Assembly: GCA_029858565.1 (NCBI GenBank) | Contig: JAOUEV010000002.1 | Span: 96,001-160,000 of the forward strand | DNA: 64,000 nucleotides | DNA from: Nitrospirota bacterium | GTDB lineage: Bacteria > Nitrospirota > UBA9217 | Reading direction: 5' to 3' | Part shown: positions 37,959 through 47,546 of the stretch, in pieces | Layout: the number at the start of each line of letters is the position of its first letter | Position numbering within the stretch: position 1 is the stretch's first letter | Notes under the pieces: generated by a model | Database searches by the model: none | What the model saw: the letters and a program-made list of their open reading frames with translations, nothing else | What the model was told of the DNA's origin: nothing | Made by a program: the position numbers and the translations under genes

Positions 37959-39172
37959 CGTGCTCTGCCTGATATTCCGGAAACGGTCCGTCGGATGATC
38001 CTGTCCCAATCGATGCGCGACAGGAGGTCCTCGGCGATGAGCTTGTTCCCCCGATCGCCAAGATGGCAGCGGTCATAGAACAGCTCGGGGCGTGCGTCGA
38101 ACAGCCGTGAATGGTCGATGAAGGTGAATTCCTCCTGTTCCGAGAGGCCGCCGGCCCCGTGCGCCAGTGATGCGTACAGAGGGGACACCTTCGACCGCTC
38201 TTGCTCCCGGACAGGCTGCAGCACATAAGCGTAAGGGATCTCGCGGGCCTTCAAGTAGGAACTGACGATTCGGATATTTTTCAGTGCCTTTCGGGGGTAG
38301 TCGGAGGCCTGAAAATTCTCGCCGGCCTTTGTCATGATAAGATCGAACATGTCGCGGCCGTGATTGAACAGCTCGTATTCCTCGATCGCGTAGAGAAAAT
38401 ATTCGCCGTCAACGTCATATTGATTGAGCAGGTCGGTTTTTCTCAGGTGGACCTGGAACAGGTCGTTGTGGCCGGAATAGGAGATGATCATGTCGGGTTC
38501 GTACTCGGTGATGCGATTGAAGATCCATGTCCGCTCCTGGGTCGAGGTCCATCCGCCGGCTGCCGCGGTTATGACCTTGATGTCCGCGCCCTCGTACCGT
38601 TCGCGAAGCGCCTGCTGAAGATATCCTGCGATGGTATGGTCCGTATCGGTAGCAAAGGCCCCCCATGCGGTCGAACCGCCGGTCAAAAAGACGCGAACTT
38701 CGTTCTCCTTCTTCCTGCCGAGATCGTCCGGATAGCGGAACTGCTGGTAGTTGTGGAATACCAGACCGTTGATATCACCTGCTGCCGGCGCGTAGGTCGT
38801 GAAGGGATCGGGCACCATCGTGGTGTGCACCACCACCGGTCTGGTCGGTTTCTCAAAATAGAGGGCCGCAGGCAGTTCTTCAGGGAATCGTACGACCATG
38901 AGCGGATGATTGGTCTTTTCGGGCAGGGGATTCTCCTCATAGATATGGATCTTCCGCGTTCCGCTGGAGTAATAGAGCGGTTTGTCCTTCCCGAGTTCGA
39001 AGAGGCGGGCAGCGATCCTGTCGGAGACGGCGCGTACCCGGACGAACAACAGGCCGTGATGTCCCCGCAGGATATAGCTGGGGTATACGGAAAAGATAAA
39101 GATGCCTGTGAGCAGGGTGACGGGGACCCAGAGGGCAGCGACCAGAGCGTATTTGATGAATTTCCTGCGCAT
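37955..39172 (-). CDS. SGNH/GDSL hydrolase-fold membrane-anchored protein
   Basis: GGSTAWG, SGHND and DRCHL...GN blocks. Confidence 0.75.
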   Translation of the reverse strand: MRRKFIKYALVAALWVPVTLLTGIFIFSVYPSYILRGHHGLLFVRVRAVSDRIAARLFELGKDKPLYYSSGTRKIHIYEENPLPEKTNHPLMVVRFPEELPAALYFEKPTRPVVVHTTMVPDPFTTYAPAAGDINGLVFHNYQQFRYPDDLGRKKENEVRVFLTGGSTAWGAFATDTDHTIAGYLQQALRERYEGADIKVITAAAGGWTSTQERTWIFNRITEYEPDMIISYSGHNDLFQVHLRKTDLLNQYDVDGEYFLYAIEEYELFNHGRDMFDLIMTKAGENFQASDYPRKALKNIRIVSSYLKAREIPYAYVLQPVREQERSKVSPLYASLAHGAGGLSEQEEFTFIDHSRLFDARPELFYDRCHLGDRGNKLIAEDLLSRIDWDRIIRRTVSGISGRAR

Positions 39173-39195
39173 GAATATCCTTGGACAATCGAACC

Positions 39196-39204
39196 ATTAT
39201 AACA
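39196..39204 (-). promoter_or_regulatory. Extended -10 element for the minus-strand operon 39172-31537
   Basis: Minus strand reads TGTTATAAT about 25 bp upstream of the ATG. Confidence 0.4.
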
Positions 39205-39382
39205 CGCTGAGACGCTTTCGGAAAAGGATAGAAAGGCCGTCCCCGCGAGGAAGCTTGAGACGAGGAAATTAGCCTTGACGGACACCGTTCATGAACGGTA
39301 CAATCAACCACGCCTGCGCGCCCGGACGTTCCTGCGCCGGAGCAGAGGCGACCTGCCGGGACAGAAGGGCACCAGGAACGGA

Positions 39383-39982
39383 ATGGAAGACCAGGAACGG
39401 ACAGCAGGGATCCACGGTGACGAGCGCGCTGGAGCACAGGCTGTTCTCCCTGCCGTGCTGGGGCTGCTGCTTGCTCTTATCGTCTCCTTCGGCGCTCATG
39501 GCGGATATGAACATTTCCGTTTCTATGCCCACGGGTATCTGCGGCAGCAAGAGACAGCAAATGTTGAGGCCACCATCAAGCTTTTCAGCAGCTCTGTTGC
39601 GGGTTTCTACGCCACAGGATATACCGTCGGTCTCAAACAGTTCCCTGCCGACAACATGGTCAAACGACGGATCTTCCAGGACATCAGGAACTGGGAGGAG
39701 TCAGGCAAGTTCTTTGTCATGGACCGGGACCGGATCGCGGTGAGGAACGTGGAGTTCCTCGCGCCGGACATGGCGGTGGCGCTGGTCGATGAGACCTGGT
39801 TCAGCGTATTTCAGAACCGGTCGACCCGCAGGCCGATCTCGGAAAAACAGGCGAACATCCTCACGGTCCGCTATTACCTGAAGAAGAAGTGGGGCCGGTG
39901 GATCATTTTCGAATACGAGGTTTTCCCGCAGGGGAAGCCGCTCCCGCCTGTCCCTGTTGACATGGTGCTGAAATGGGAATAG
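39383..39982 (+). CDS. Hypothetical single-TM protein, possible NTF2-like periplasmic domain
   Basis: One TM, then AVALVDETW...VRYYLKKKWGRWII; overlaps the downstream ResB-like gene. Start codon uncertain. Confidence 0.6.
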   Translation: MEDQERTAGIHGDERAGAQAVLPAVLGLLLALIVSFGAHGGYEHFRFYAHGYLRQQETANVEATIKLFSSSVAGFYATGYTVGLKQFPADNMVKRRIFQDIRNWEESGKFFVMDRDRIAVRNVEFLAPDMAVALVDETWFSVFQNRSTRRPISEKQANILTVRYYLKKKWGRWIIFEYEVFPQGKPLPPVPVDMVLKWE

Positions 39983-41016
39983 ACTTCGGCACATACCGAC
40001 GGCCCTCACGCGTGTTTGTGCTCATCACGACGGTATCCTACCTCGCGGGTTATGTCCTGCTGCGGTACTCAGGGCTCTTTTCGCTCCCTCCGGAAAATAT
40101 CTTCCGGGCGCTCCATGCCTGGCCCGCGCTGCTCGGCGCCGGGATGCTCGTCCTGGTCGGGGCTGCGGGGTTGGCGGCGCTGCGGTCGAGAGCCGGGGAG
40201 GACCCTATCCGGCTCTCCGGCAATCTCGCGGCAGGGGCAGGCTGGCTGGGACTCCTGTTGATCGGTGCCGGCATCGTGACCAGCAGCTTTACGAGGTTCG
40301 AGGGCAGCGTCACGCTTCACGAGTCTCAGGAAGCGGCGCTCGCGGCCACGGTCTATGATGCGGGAACGCTCTACCGGCGCAGGTTCTCGCGGGAGCCGAA
40401 CGGCGGCATCCTGATGGAAGCTGTTGCACCCTTCCCGCAGGCAGGCGGACCGGTAGTACGGGGATTTTCAGCGGAAGCCCGCCTTCGGAAAGACCCGGCC
40501 TCTCCGCCACGTGCTCTCAAGATCGGCTCCCTGTTCCCGGCCATGGCGGACGGCTTCCTGTTCCGGATTGCGGAGGCGGGGTATTCCCCCCACCTGTTCC
40601 TTTTCGATCTGAGCGGGAACAGCCTCCTGGATATCTACGCCATCATGCGGCTGTACCCGCCGGGAGCGGAAGACTCGTTTCGCTTCGACAAGATCATTCC
40701 GCATACGTTCTACCTGAGGTACTATCCTGATGTGTCGCTCCTGTCCTCCGCAACGGGGACCGTCGGGATCAGGTCCGGGCCTGCCTACGAGGTGCGGATC
40801 GTGCGCAATCTCGACCTGCTCGCTGACCGGTACGCAGCACCGGACGAGCTCATCCGTTTCGATTCCCTGTTCCTGTCCGTGGGTGACAGCAGGCGATGGG
40901 TGAGGATTACGATCGTCAGGGATCCCGGGATGGTCCTGCTGCTCGCAGGTCTTGTCCTGACCATCCTCCGGGCGATCAGTCTTGGGATCAGGAGGACGGA
41001 AACCATCCGCTATTGA
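39973..41016 (+). CDS. ResB/CcsB-like protein (divergent)
   Basis: Three TMs, RFEGSVTLHE, GYSP, GAEDSF, FYLRYYPD, WVRITIVRDPG plus a TM; parallels 48982. Confidence 0.7.
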   Translation: MGIDFGTYRRPSRVFVLITTVSYLAGYVLLRYSGLFSLPPENIFRALHAWPALLGAGMLVLVGAAGLAALRSRAGEDPIRLSGNLAAGAGWLGLLLIGAGIVTSSFTRFEGSVTLHESQEAALAATVYDAGTLYRRRFSREPNGGILMEAVAPFPQAGGPVVRGFSAEARLRKDPASPPRALKIGSLFPAMADGFLFRIAEAGYSPHLFLFDLSGNSLLDIYAIMRLYPPGAEDSFRFDKIIPHTFYLRYYPDVSLLSSATGTVGIRSGPAYEVRIVRNLDLLADRYAAPDELIRFDSLFLSVGDSRRWVRITIVRDPGMVLLLAGLVLTILRAISLGIRRTETIRY

Positions 41017-41063
41017 CGACGCGGAAAAGGGAAGGGAGCGGCTGTCCAGGGTAGTCCGAAAAG

Positions 41064-41099
41064 AAAAGCGCCTCCGGTCCTTCCTGGAGGCGCTTTTTT
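41064..41099. terminator. Bidirectional intrinsic terminator between convergent genes
   Basis: AAAAGCGCCTCC-loop-GGAGGCGCTTTTTT. Confidence 0.85.
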
Positions 41100-41114
41100 C
41101 GTATGGAGCCGGTC

Positions 41115-41540
41115 TCAGGGCTTGACGAGGAACCACAGGCCATCCATCCCATGGCCCTTTCTGTCTCCCGGCTTCTTGTCCCCGGCGAAATTATAGAGCG
41201 GCATGCCCTTATAGGCCAGATGATCCTGGTCGTTGTCGGTGCGGTGGAAGGATACGAAATCCGACTGCTTGAGCCCCCTGGACAGGGATATCTCCTCGGC
41301 CGTATAGCAGTAGACCGGCCAGGTTTGCGTGCAGGAACCCGTGCATTCGCTTTTTCCGGGTCCGTCCTTCTTGTAATAATACAGCGCCCGGCCGTTGGAG
41401 TTCGTCAGGTACTTCCCCAGCTTCTTGTCGACCGCGATCTTGACCAGTTCCTTTTGCTCCTGCGCGGCAGCGATGCCTGCCATTGGCCCTGCAAGAAACA
41501 GAACTGCCACGATCGCCCCCACCACAGCTTGTTTGCTCAT
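41115..41540 (-). CDS. Secreted Lipoprotein_15-repeat protein (COG4315-like)
   Basis: GRALYYYKKD...CTGSCTQTWP...YKGMPLYNFAGDKKPGD...W. Confidence 0.85.
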   Translation of the reverse strand: MSKQAVVGAIVAVLFLAGPMAGIAAAQEQKELVKIAVDKKLGKYLTNSNGRALYYYKKDGPGKSECTGSCTQTWPVYCYTAEEISLSRGLKQSDFVSFHRTDNDQDHLAYKGMPLYNFAGDKKPGDRKGHGMDGLWFLVKP

Positions 41541-41658
41541 ACGTGCCCCCTCATGTGCTCTCTGAAAGATCGTCCATCGTACGGAATAAGCATATCATAC
41601 TGTTTCTAAACTGTCAAAACCACGGTCCTGACGCGGTCCTGAACGGGCATGGCGGTTT

Positions 41659-43932
41659 TCACCTCCCCTTCAGGGAATCCCGAAGCATAGGGTATTCTTT
41701 CTTCGCGAGCGGGTGCCCGGCCTTTGCCGCCGTGCGCAGCACCCGGAGCGCTTGCACTGGATGTCCATACTGCCGCAATACCATGCCATGCCAGTACAGG
41801 GACTCCCGGGAGCCGTCCTGCGCCCAGCGGCCAAAGAGGCGCAGGATGGGGTCATCAAGGATGATCAGCGGCGGATGCGCGCCGGCAGTGGACAGATAGA
41901 GCAGAGCGCCCTCCCGGTACCGTCCTGCCCTGCTCAGCGCGGCAGCCAGGTAGATCTTTCCTTTCACATAGTCCGGCTGCAAGGCAGCGAGCCGTGCAAG
42001 ATGGTCAACAGCCTTCTGCGGCTCATCGCTCTCGAGGCACGCACGGCCGAGGAAGAGGTGTCCGTCCGCATCGTCATAGTACCGGAAAAGGCGCTCGACA
42101 GGGGCTTCCTCGCCGGTCATGCAGCCGAGCAAGGCGAGGACCTCGGGATCACCGGGACTCCTCCGGAGCGCCTCGCGCAGGTACTGAACGGCTTCCTCGC
42201 GCTTCTTCCGGAGAGTGGCTATGCGGCCGAGGTGGTAGAGCGGCTCCGGGTTCCGGCCGTTCAGGGGATCGAAGCGGATGCCTTCACCGGCCAGCGCCGT
42301 CAGGAGGTGCTCAGCCTCGTCCAGCCGGCTGAGCTCGATCAGCAGCAGCGCCCGGTCAAACCGCGCTGAAGGGGTATCCCCGCTGCGCGAGGAGAGCAGA
42401 TCGACGGCGCCGGCGAGCAGCGTTGACGAGTCCGCAGTCAGTCCGGCCGGCCTGCCGGATCCCATCCTCCATGGGGAGGCCGCAAGCATTTGGGCGGTCT
42501 TTTGGAGCGCTGTTGGATGGTCAAGTGCGTCGCGTGCCTGCATCGCCTCCGGAAGGAGGGACGCTGTTCGCGCAATACCCTCCCAGAGGTGGCGATCATC
42601 GCGCATGCGGTCGCTTGGGAGCGACAGGACGAGCGCAAGGGGCAGGAAGACGCTGATGGCGACGAGCCTGCCGCGTTTATGGGTTAGGAGCCATGACAGG
42701 CCGAGAACGGCAAAGTAGATGAAGAAGGGGTAGAGGCCCACCCGCTGCCGGTCCGTTGCATAGGTCAGGGCCATGAGGGCTGCCTGGTTAAGGAAAACCG
42801 CATAGGCGAGGAAATGCTGTCTCCAGGAAAGGGAAGCGGCTGCCATGCCCACGAGCGCCAGGGCGGAAAGCGGGGCAAAGGGGAAGAACGGCATGCCGCG
42901 TTTCTCGAGGACCTCGTCCGCGGACCAGGCGGTCGCAAGGTCGTACCATCGGTAGCTGTGGAACAGGAGGAAGAGGCGGCGGGCCGTGAGCGCAAGGAAC
43001 CTGCCCGGATGGTCCGACAGGTAGGCAGCAGCCTTCCCGGCCCAGAACCTGTTCGCCTCGGTCGGGGAAATGCTGCTCCCGGCCACGGCCCGGGCCACCT
43101 GGCGGTAGACGGCATGCTCGTAGTCGCTCTCCCCCGGGAACTGGTCAGCCATATCATTGATGAGCGGGGGGTAGGCTGCCCGCGTGCCCTCGGACAATGG
43201 ATTGTTGCCGTCGAAGAAGACGGTGCCCGGGCTCATGAACCACAGGGAGACCTGCCCCTGGAGGAGGTAGTTCCTGATACCGATGAACAGGAACCCCATG
43301 ATCACGGGGAGGAGGAAGAGCATGATCCCGGGCAGCGCCTGCCGAAGGCCCCGGTGGCGCAGGACGAAGTACAGCGGCACGATCAGGATCAGGGGAAAGA
43401 AGGTAGGACGCGTCAGGATGCAGAGGGTCAATGAAATGCCTGCAGCGGCCGCGCTCAGGGGATCCCGCCGGCCGGCGAAGTAGACTAGCGCCACCAGGAA
43501 AAAGAGCATGAAGGGCTCCGGTTCGAAGACATACCCGAAGATCACCACGCTCCTGCTGAGCAGGAGCACGACGGCGCCTCCCAGGGAGAGGGCGCGGCCG
43601 GCATGGCGGCGGAGGATCAGGTAGGTGAGCGCGGCGGCGAGCGAGAGGACACTGATATGCATCCAGAGCATGGTCCCGAGGGGGTCCGCCATGAACCGGA
43701 ACGCGGCGATGTGGAGGCCGAGATAGAGGGGGCTGAAGTCCAGGAGCCGCTCGGGAGCCATCGCGCTGCCGAGGTACTGCAGGGCGGCTGTGGGATACTT
43801 GGAGAACTGGCTCGCGGCGTCCTGGAGGCCGAATATCTGCAGGGAGAAGAGGAGGGCCGCGGCGAGCGCGATCGCGGACGCGATGAGGCGATCGTTGCGG
43901 CCTGCCGCTCGCTGTTCTGGGGTCAGCTCCAT
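41659..43932 (-). CDS. ArnT/PMT_2-type membrane glycosyltransferase with C-terminal TPRs
   Basis: Multi-TM N-terminus (LTRPT, FFDGNNP), helical TPR-like C-terminus. Confidence 0.75.
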   Translation of the reverse strand: MELTPEQRAAGRNDRLIASAIALAAALLFSLQIFGLQDAASQFSKYPTAALQYLGSAMAPERLLDFSPLYLGLHIAAFRFMADPLGTMLWMHISVLSLAAALTYLILRRHAGRALSLGGAVVLLLSRSVVIFGYVFEPEPFMLFFLVALVYFAGRRDPLSAAAAGISLTLCILTRPTFFPLILIVPLYFVLRHRGLRQALPGIMLFLLPVIMGFLFIGIRNYLLQGQVSLWFMSPGTVFFDGNNPLSEGTRAAYPPLINDMADQFPGESDYEHAVYRQVARAVAGSSISPTEANRFWAGKAAAYLSDHPGRFLALTARRLFLLFHSYRWYDLATAWSADEVLEKRGMPFFPFAPLSALALVGMAAASLSWRQHFLAYAVFLNQAALMALTYATDRQRVGLYPFFIYFAVLGLSWLLTHKRGRLVAISVFLPLALVLSLPSDRMRDDRHLWEGIARTASLLPEAMQARDALDHPTALQKTAQMLAASPWRMGSGRPAGLTADSSTLLAGAVDLLSSRSGDTPSARFDRALLLIELSRLDEAEHLLTALAGEGIRFDPLNGRNPEPLYHLGRIATLRKKREEAVQYLREALRRSPGDPEVLALLGCMTGEEAPVERLFRYYDDADGHLFLGRACLESDEPQKAVDHLARLAALQPDYVKGKIYLAAALSRAGRYREGALLYLSTAGAHPPLIILDDPILRLFGRWAQDGSRESLYWHGMVLRQYGHPVQALRVLRTAAKAGHPLAKKEYPMLRDSLKGR

Positions 43933-43977
43933 GGGGTACCGTCCTTTGTGCGCCCGAGAGCGGCAGGGCCGCCCGCG

Positions 43978-45246
43978 CTAGCGATGGGGCGTATAGAACT
44001 CGGCAAGCGGCTTCATCCACGCATGGTCGAGCGCCTGGAACGTGGACATCGGATACATGATTGCCGAGAGCGCGAGAACGAACGCCAGGTACACGATGAC
44101 CGTCCTGGCCGAAAGGGCTCTCCGTTCCAGGAGCGCGTCAACAGCATAGGACGACAGCGTGAACGCGAACACCAGCAGCGGCGTCGCGATGAAGACCCAG
44201 ATGGAGCGGGTGGTCAGCAGGAGCGGGAGATAGGAGGCAAAGAATATGGCGAGCACATACCCGAGCTCGAACGTCCTGCTGCGGAGCCATTCTCTGACGG
44301 CAAAAAAGAGGGCGGGAAGCGTCAGCACCCACGCAAGGAGATTGCCCATCGCGATGCTCAGGTACGCCTTGCCCTGGTGGAACACGAAATCCACCCAGGC
44401 AACAGGCCAGAGGAACCATTGGTAGGCCCGGTGCGAGAGGATGTCCTCGGTATAGGGCGTGCCCTTCCAGAAGTACTGGTGCTTGACGAGCCAGGCCTGC
44501 AGGCCGGCGAAATCCCCGAGCGAATACCCCCGCTGGAGCCAGGGGAGGTAAAGGGCCGTATAGATGGCAACAGGAACGACGAGGTAGGCGGAGAAGGCCG
44601 TCAGCAGCCGTTTCCCCGGCTGCCGCTGTTCTGCGCGGTCCCTGCACAGCCAGGGATAGAGCAGATAGGAGGCCGCGGAAACGGCCCAGGGGAAGAGGCC
44701 GTTCCACTTCGACGCGGATGCGATGCCGTACAGCGCCCCGGAAAGATAGCAGAGAAGCACATTATCCTTTCTGATGGCGTGAAGCGAGGCGAGGGTCCCT
44801 GCGACGATGAAGAAGGAGGTGGTCGTTTCCTGAAAGGCCACCCGCGAAAGATAGATGTGGAGAGGGTCGACAGCGAGAAAGAAGGCGGCGATATAGGCGG
44901 CGGTCCGCTTTCCGAAGAGGCCGTGGACCAGGTATCCCAGCAGCAGGACCGCGGCGCTCCCGAAGAGCAGGCTGCCGCCCCGCAGGCCCCATGCACTGTA
45001 TCCGCCGAAGAGCTTGCCCGCGGTCAGGATGACGATGTTCCGCAGGGGCGGATGGTACCACATCACCTGGCCGAACAGCCCGCTGGTCACATAGTTCAGG
45101 GCCGCGGACGCCGTGCCGACCTCGTCATCGGTCGGCGGCTGCGCAGGGAGCCCGTAGGCGCGCACGAAGAGTGCCAGGGCGAAGATCCCCCACAGTACGG
45201 CATGATGGTTGCCCCACAGTCGCCTCATCATCCGCGACTGCTCCAT
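43978..45246 (-). CDS. GT39/PMT-family glycosyltransferase (paralogue of 31537-32775)
   Basis: DDE, YHPPL, WGLR, ASKW, AYQWF, GN...W. Confidence 0.85.
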   Translation of the reverse strand: MEQSRMMRRLWGNHHAVLWGIFALALFVRAYGLPAQPPTDDEVGTASAALNYVTSGLFGQVMWYHPPLRNIVILTAGKLFGGYSAWGLRGGSLLFGSAAVLLLGYLVHGLFGKRTAAYIAAFFLAVDPLHIYLSRVAFQETTTSFFIVAGTLASLHAIRKDNVLLCYLSGALYGIASASKWNGLFPWAVSAASYLLYPWLCRDRAEQRQPGKRLLTAFSAYLVVPVAIYTALYLPWLQRGYSLGDFAGLQAWLVKHQYFWKGTPYTEDILSHRAYQWFLWPVAWVDFVFHQGKAYLSIAMGNLLAWVLTLPALFFAVREWLRSRTFELGYVLAIFFASYLPLLLTTRSIWVFIATPLLVFAFTLSSYAVDALLERRALSARTVIVYLAFVLALSAIMYPMSTFQALDHAWMKPLAEFYTPHR

Positions 45247-45935
45247 GCTTTTTCGAATTGCCGGAGACGCTTCCGGTCCCCGTCGACGACCTCCGGTTCA
45301 TCGCGGCTTCCCGAGACCACGATCAGCCGGATGTCGGGACACTTCTCGCGAAGCCCGGCGAGCACCCTTCCGGGGTCCTCGCCGAACCCGAAGTACCCTG
45401 CATCGACGTTCACGATGACCGGCTCGCGGATCGCCGGCATGGCGTCGAGCGTTGTTACCGTCAGGGGCATGTCGTGGGTGTATCCCCGGACGATCTCCCC
45501 GGACACGGAAAAGGCGAAATCGCCTTCGAACTGGACGAGGCGCTCCCGCAGCACCGGCGCCGGAAGGACCACGGTAACCGTTCGCACCATTCCCGTGCGG
45601 TTCGCGATGAACAGCCAGTTATGGCTGTCGAGGCCCTTCTCGTAGAGCGGCCGCACGTCCCCCACCCTGACCGGGAAGGGCATGGTGACGTTCTCCTCGC
45701 GGGGAAGGTAGTCCACCAGGTTCAGGAAACGGTTGAGGTGCACCACCCGCGCGCCCCAGAGGCCGCTCCGCTGGTAGACCACGTAGATGTCCTTCTGCGA
45801 ATCGACACGGACCATCAACGGTCCCTGTGCACTCCTGGCCGGGAACACCCGAGCAGCTTTCGCGCTGCCGTCCATCCAGAGGAAAAGAGCGAGGGCGGCG
45901 ATCACGACCGCGATATGGAAGGTTTGTCTCGTCAT
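45228..45935 (-). CDS. Secreted protein with a degenerate UPF0489/arginase-like fold (paralogue 2)
   Basis: YQRSGLWGARVVHLNRF...HNWLFIANRTGMVRTVTVVLP...REPVIVNVDAGYF. Confidence 0.55.
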   Translation of the reverse strand: MTRQTFHIAVVIAALALFLWMDGSAKAARVFPARSAQGPLMVRVDSQKDIYVVYQRSGLWGARVVHLNRFLNLVDYLPREENVTMPFPVRVGDVRPLYEKGLDSHNWLFIANRTGMVRTVTVVLPAPVLRERLVQFEGDFAFSVSGEIVRGYTHDMPLTVTTLDAMPAIREPVIVNVDAGYFGFGEDPGRVLAGLREKCPDIRLIVVSGSRDEPEVVDGDRKRLRQFEKAWSSRG

Positions 45936-45964
45936 GCCTGTCCGACGGCCCTGTCCGTTCCGAC

Positions 45965-47137
45965 CTAGGGGAGGAGCCGCTCTTTCCTGAGGAATTGGAG
46001 GACCTCGCCTGCGATACGGCGGTGGCCGTCAGCGGTCCAGTGGTGATCGGAACGATCGACGGTGTAGAGGGACAGGCCCTGCCGGCACTGGGTGCGCGAA
46101 AAGGGGAGGAGGTCCAGGTAGGGGATCCGCTCCCTCCGGCTGAAGGCCGACAACGCCGCGCTCAACGCGGAGTTGCGTTCATAGGTGCCTTCCTTGACCC
46201 CCTGGAGCTGGACCCTTCCGGAGCGGTCCTCCTCCTTCTCCGGGATGAACACCAGGACGAAAGCCGCTCCCGACGCCTCCGCGGCCTTCCTGCTCTCCCT
46301 GATCAGCCTGAAGGCGATCTCCCGGACCTGCTCCGGCGGATTGGTCAGGACCGGGATGTCCCCGATGTCCTGACTATATTCTTCCGCGAGGCCGAGGTTG
46401 ATCAGCAGCAGCCGTATCTCGGGATTGCTGTTGAGCCGTCCCATGATGAACTGGTAGGTGTGCGTATGGAACCGCAGGAACTTCTTGACCTTCCCGAAGA
46501 GGGTCCGGGGCTTTCCGAAGGTCTTGCGGTCCGTCTGCTCGCTCCGGGGGACCGGCACGTTCTTGAGGACCAGTTCGCCGCCCTCGAGCATGAAGAGGGG
46601 CTTGGGAGAGTAATACTGCACCGAACTGGCGATCTCGTCGAGGTCGTTCGCTGCGGTGAACCCGAAGAGCACGATGTTTGGCTGAAGCGAGAGCCCCGCG
46701 TGCTTGAGCCAGAGGTGCGCCTGGTCGGTCCCGTAGCCGGTGGTCCCTCCATTCAGGACCTCGACCGCAGGGGGAAGTTCCTTCTGCAGGACCGCGGACA
46801 GCACGTTGTCATCGGAAACGCCGTACCCCCAGAAGAACGAATCCCCGACGAGGAGGATCCTCTTCGTTCCCCGCGGCTTCTCCTTGGTGGTCTCAGGGCC
46901 GCGCAGCCCGAGGCTGTTGTGACGAACCTGGAAGAAGCGGTCGCGGGCGAACTCGAAATGGACTCCCTCGTCCTTGAGCGGCTTGTTGACCCATCCCATG
47001 ACCGGGTCGTAGGTCTCGTGGTAGGGCTGGATCCTGAGCTTGTGCGGGGCGAACAGGGCAAGTGACAGTTCCAGCAGCAGGAAGAACGTCGCGATCGACG
47101 TGAAGAGGAGGAGGATGTTGTTCAATCGGGGTCTCAT
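45965..47137 (-). CDS. SGNH/GDSL (AlgX/AlgJ-like) acyltransferase/esterase
   Basis: HNSLGLRG, VGDSFFWG, GTTGYGTDQ, NDL, DHHWTADGH. Confidence 0.85.
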   Translation of the reverse strand: MRPRLNNILLLFTSIATFFLLLELSLALFAPHKLRIQPYHETYDPVMGWVNKPLKDEGVHFEFARDRFFQVRHNSLGLRGPETTKEKPRGTKRILLVGDSFFWGYGVSDDNVLSAVLQKELPPAVEVLNGGTTGYGTDQAHLWLKHAGLSLQPNIVLFGFTAANDLDEIASSVQYYSPKPLFMLEGGELVLKNVPVPRSEQTDRKTFGKPRTLFGKVKKFLRFHTHTYQFIMGRLNSNPEIRLLLINLGLAEEYSQDIGDIPVLTNPPEQVREIAFRLIRESRKAAEASGAAFVLVFIPEKEEDRSGRVQLQGVKEGTYERNSALSAALSAFSRRERIPYLDLLPFSRTQCRQGLSLYTVDRSDHHWTADGHRRIAGEVLQFLRKERLLP

Positions 47138-47238
47138 GTTGTTAGGAACGGGCCGGCAACGAGCCCGGCAGGATGCCGGCCGGCCCGTCCTGGCCGGTGT
47201 TCCGCCCCTGTCGGTCTCCTGTTGTCGCGCACGGTATC

Positions 47239-47267
47239 AATCTAATGAATGCGCCCCCCCTTGTCAA
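47239..47267 (-). promoter_or_regulatory. Putative sigma70 promoter (minus-strand operon from 47137)
   Basis: TTGACA-17 bp-TAGATT on the minus strand. Confidence 0.5.
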
Positions 47268-47412
47268 TCGATATTATGCCGCACCGGGCAGCGGTCGGGT
47301 AGGCTGATGATGCGGCCGCGGCATGTCCGGCGAAGACCGCGCAGGAAGCGCCCACCCCTGGTCCGAGCGATGCAACCATGGGCAAAACAGTGATGAAAAG
47401 GCAGGGTCGCTA

Positions 47413-47421
47413 TGGTATAAT
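47413..47421 (+). promoter_or_regulatory. Extended -10 element upstream of the resB-ccsA-TMTC operon
   Basis: TGGTATAAT is a perfect extended -10. Confidence 0.45.
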
Positions 47422-47546
47422 GAACAGCGTGATGAGAGGATTCAGAGGACCGGTACGCTGATCCGCCTCGCGGGAATCGCAGACAGCTGTTCTCGCCGTC
47501 TTCGTCAGCCTTGTCAGCAGGATATCTGCAGCAATCTACTCGATAA

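Noticed and set aside
43603-45645. 680-aa plus-strand ORF
   Set aside because: Antisense shadow of the PMT, GT-TPR and UPF0489-like genes; no motifs, and typical of GC-rich DNA.
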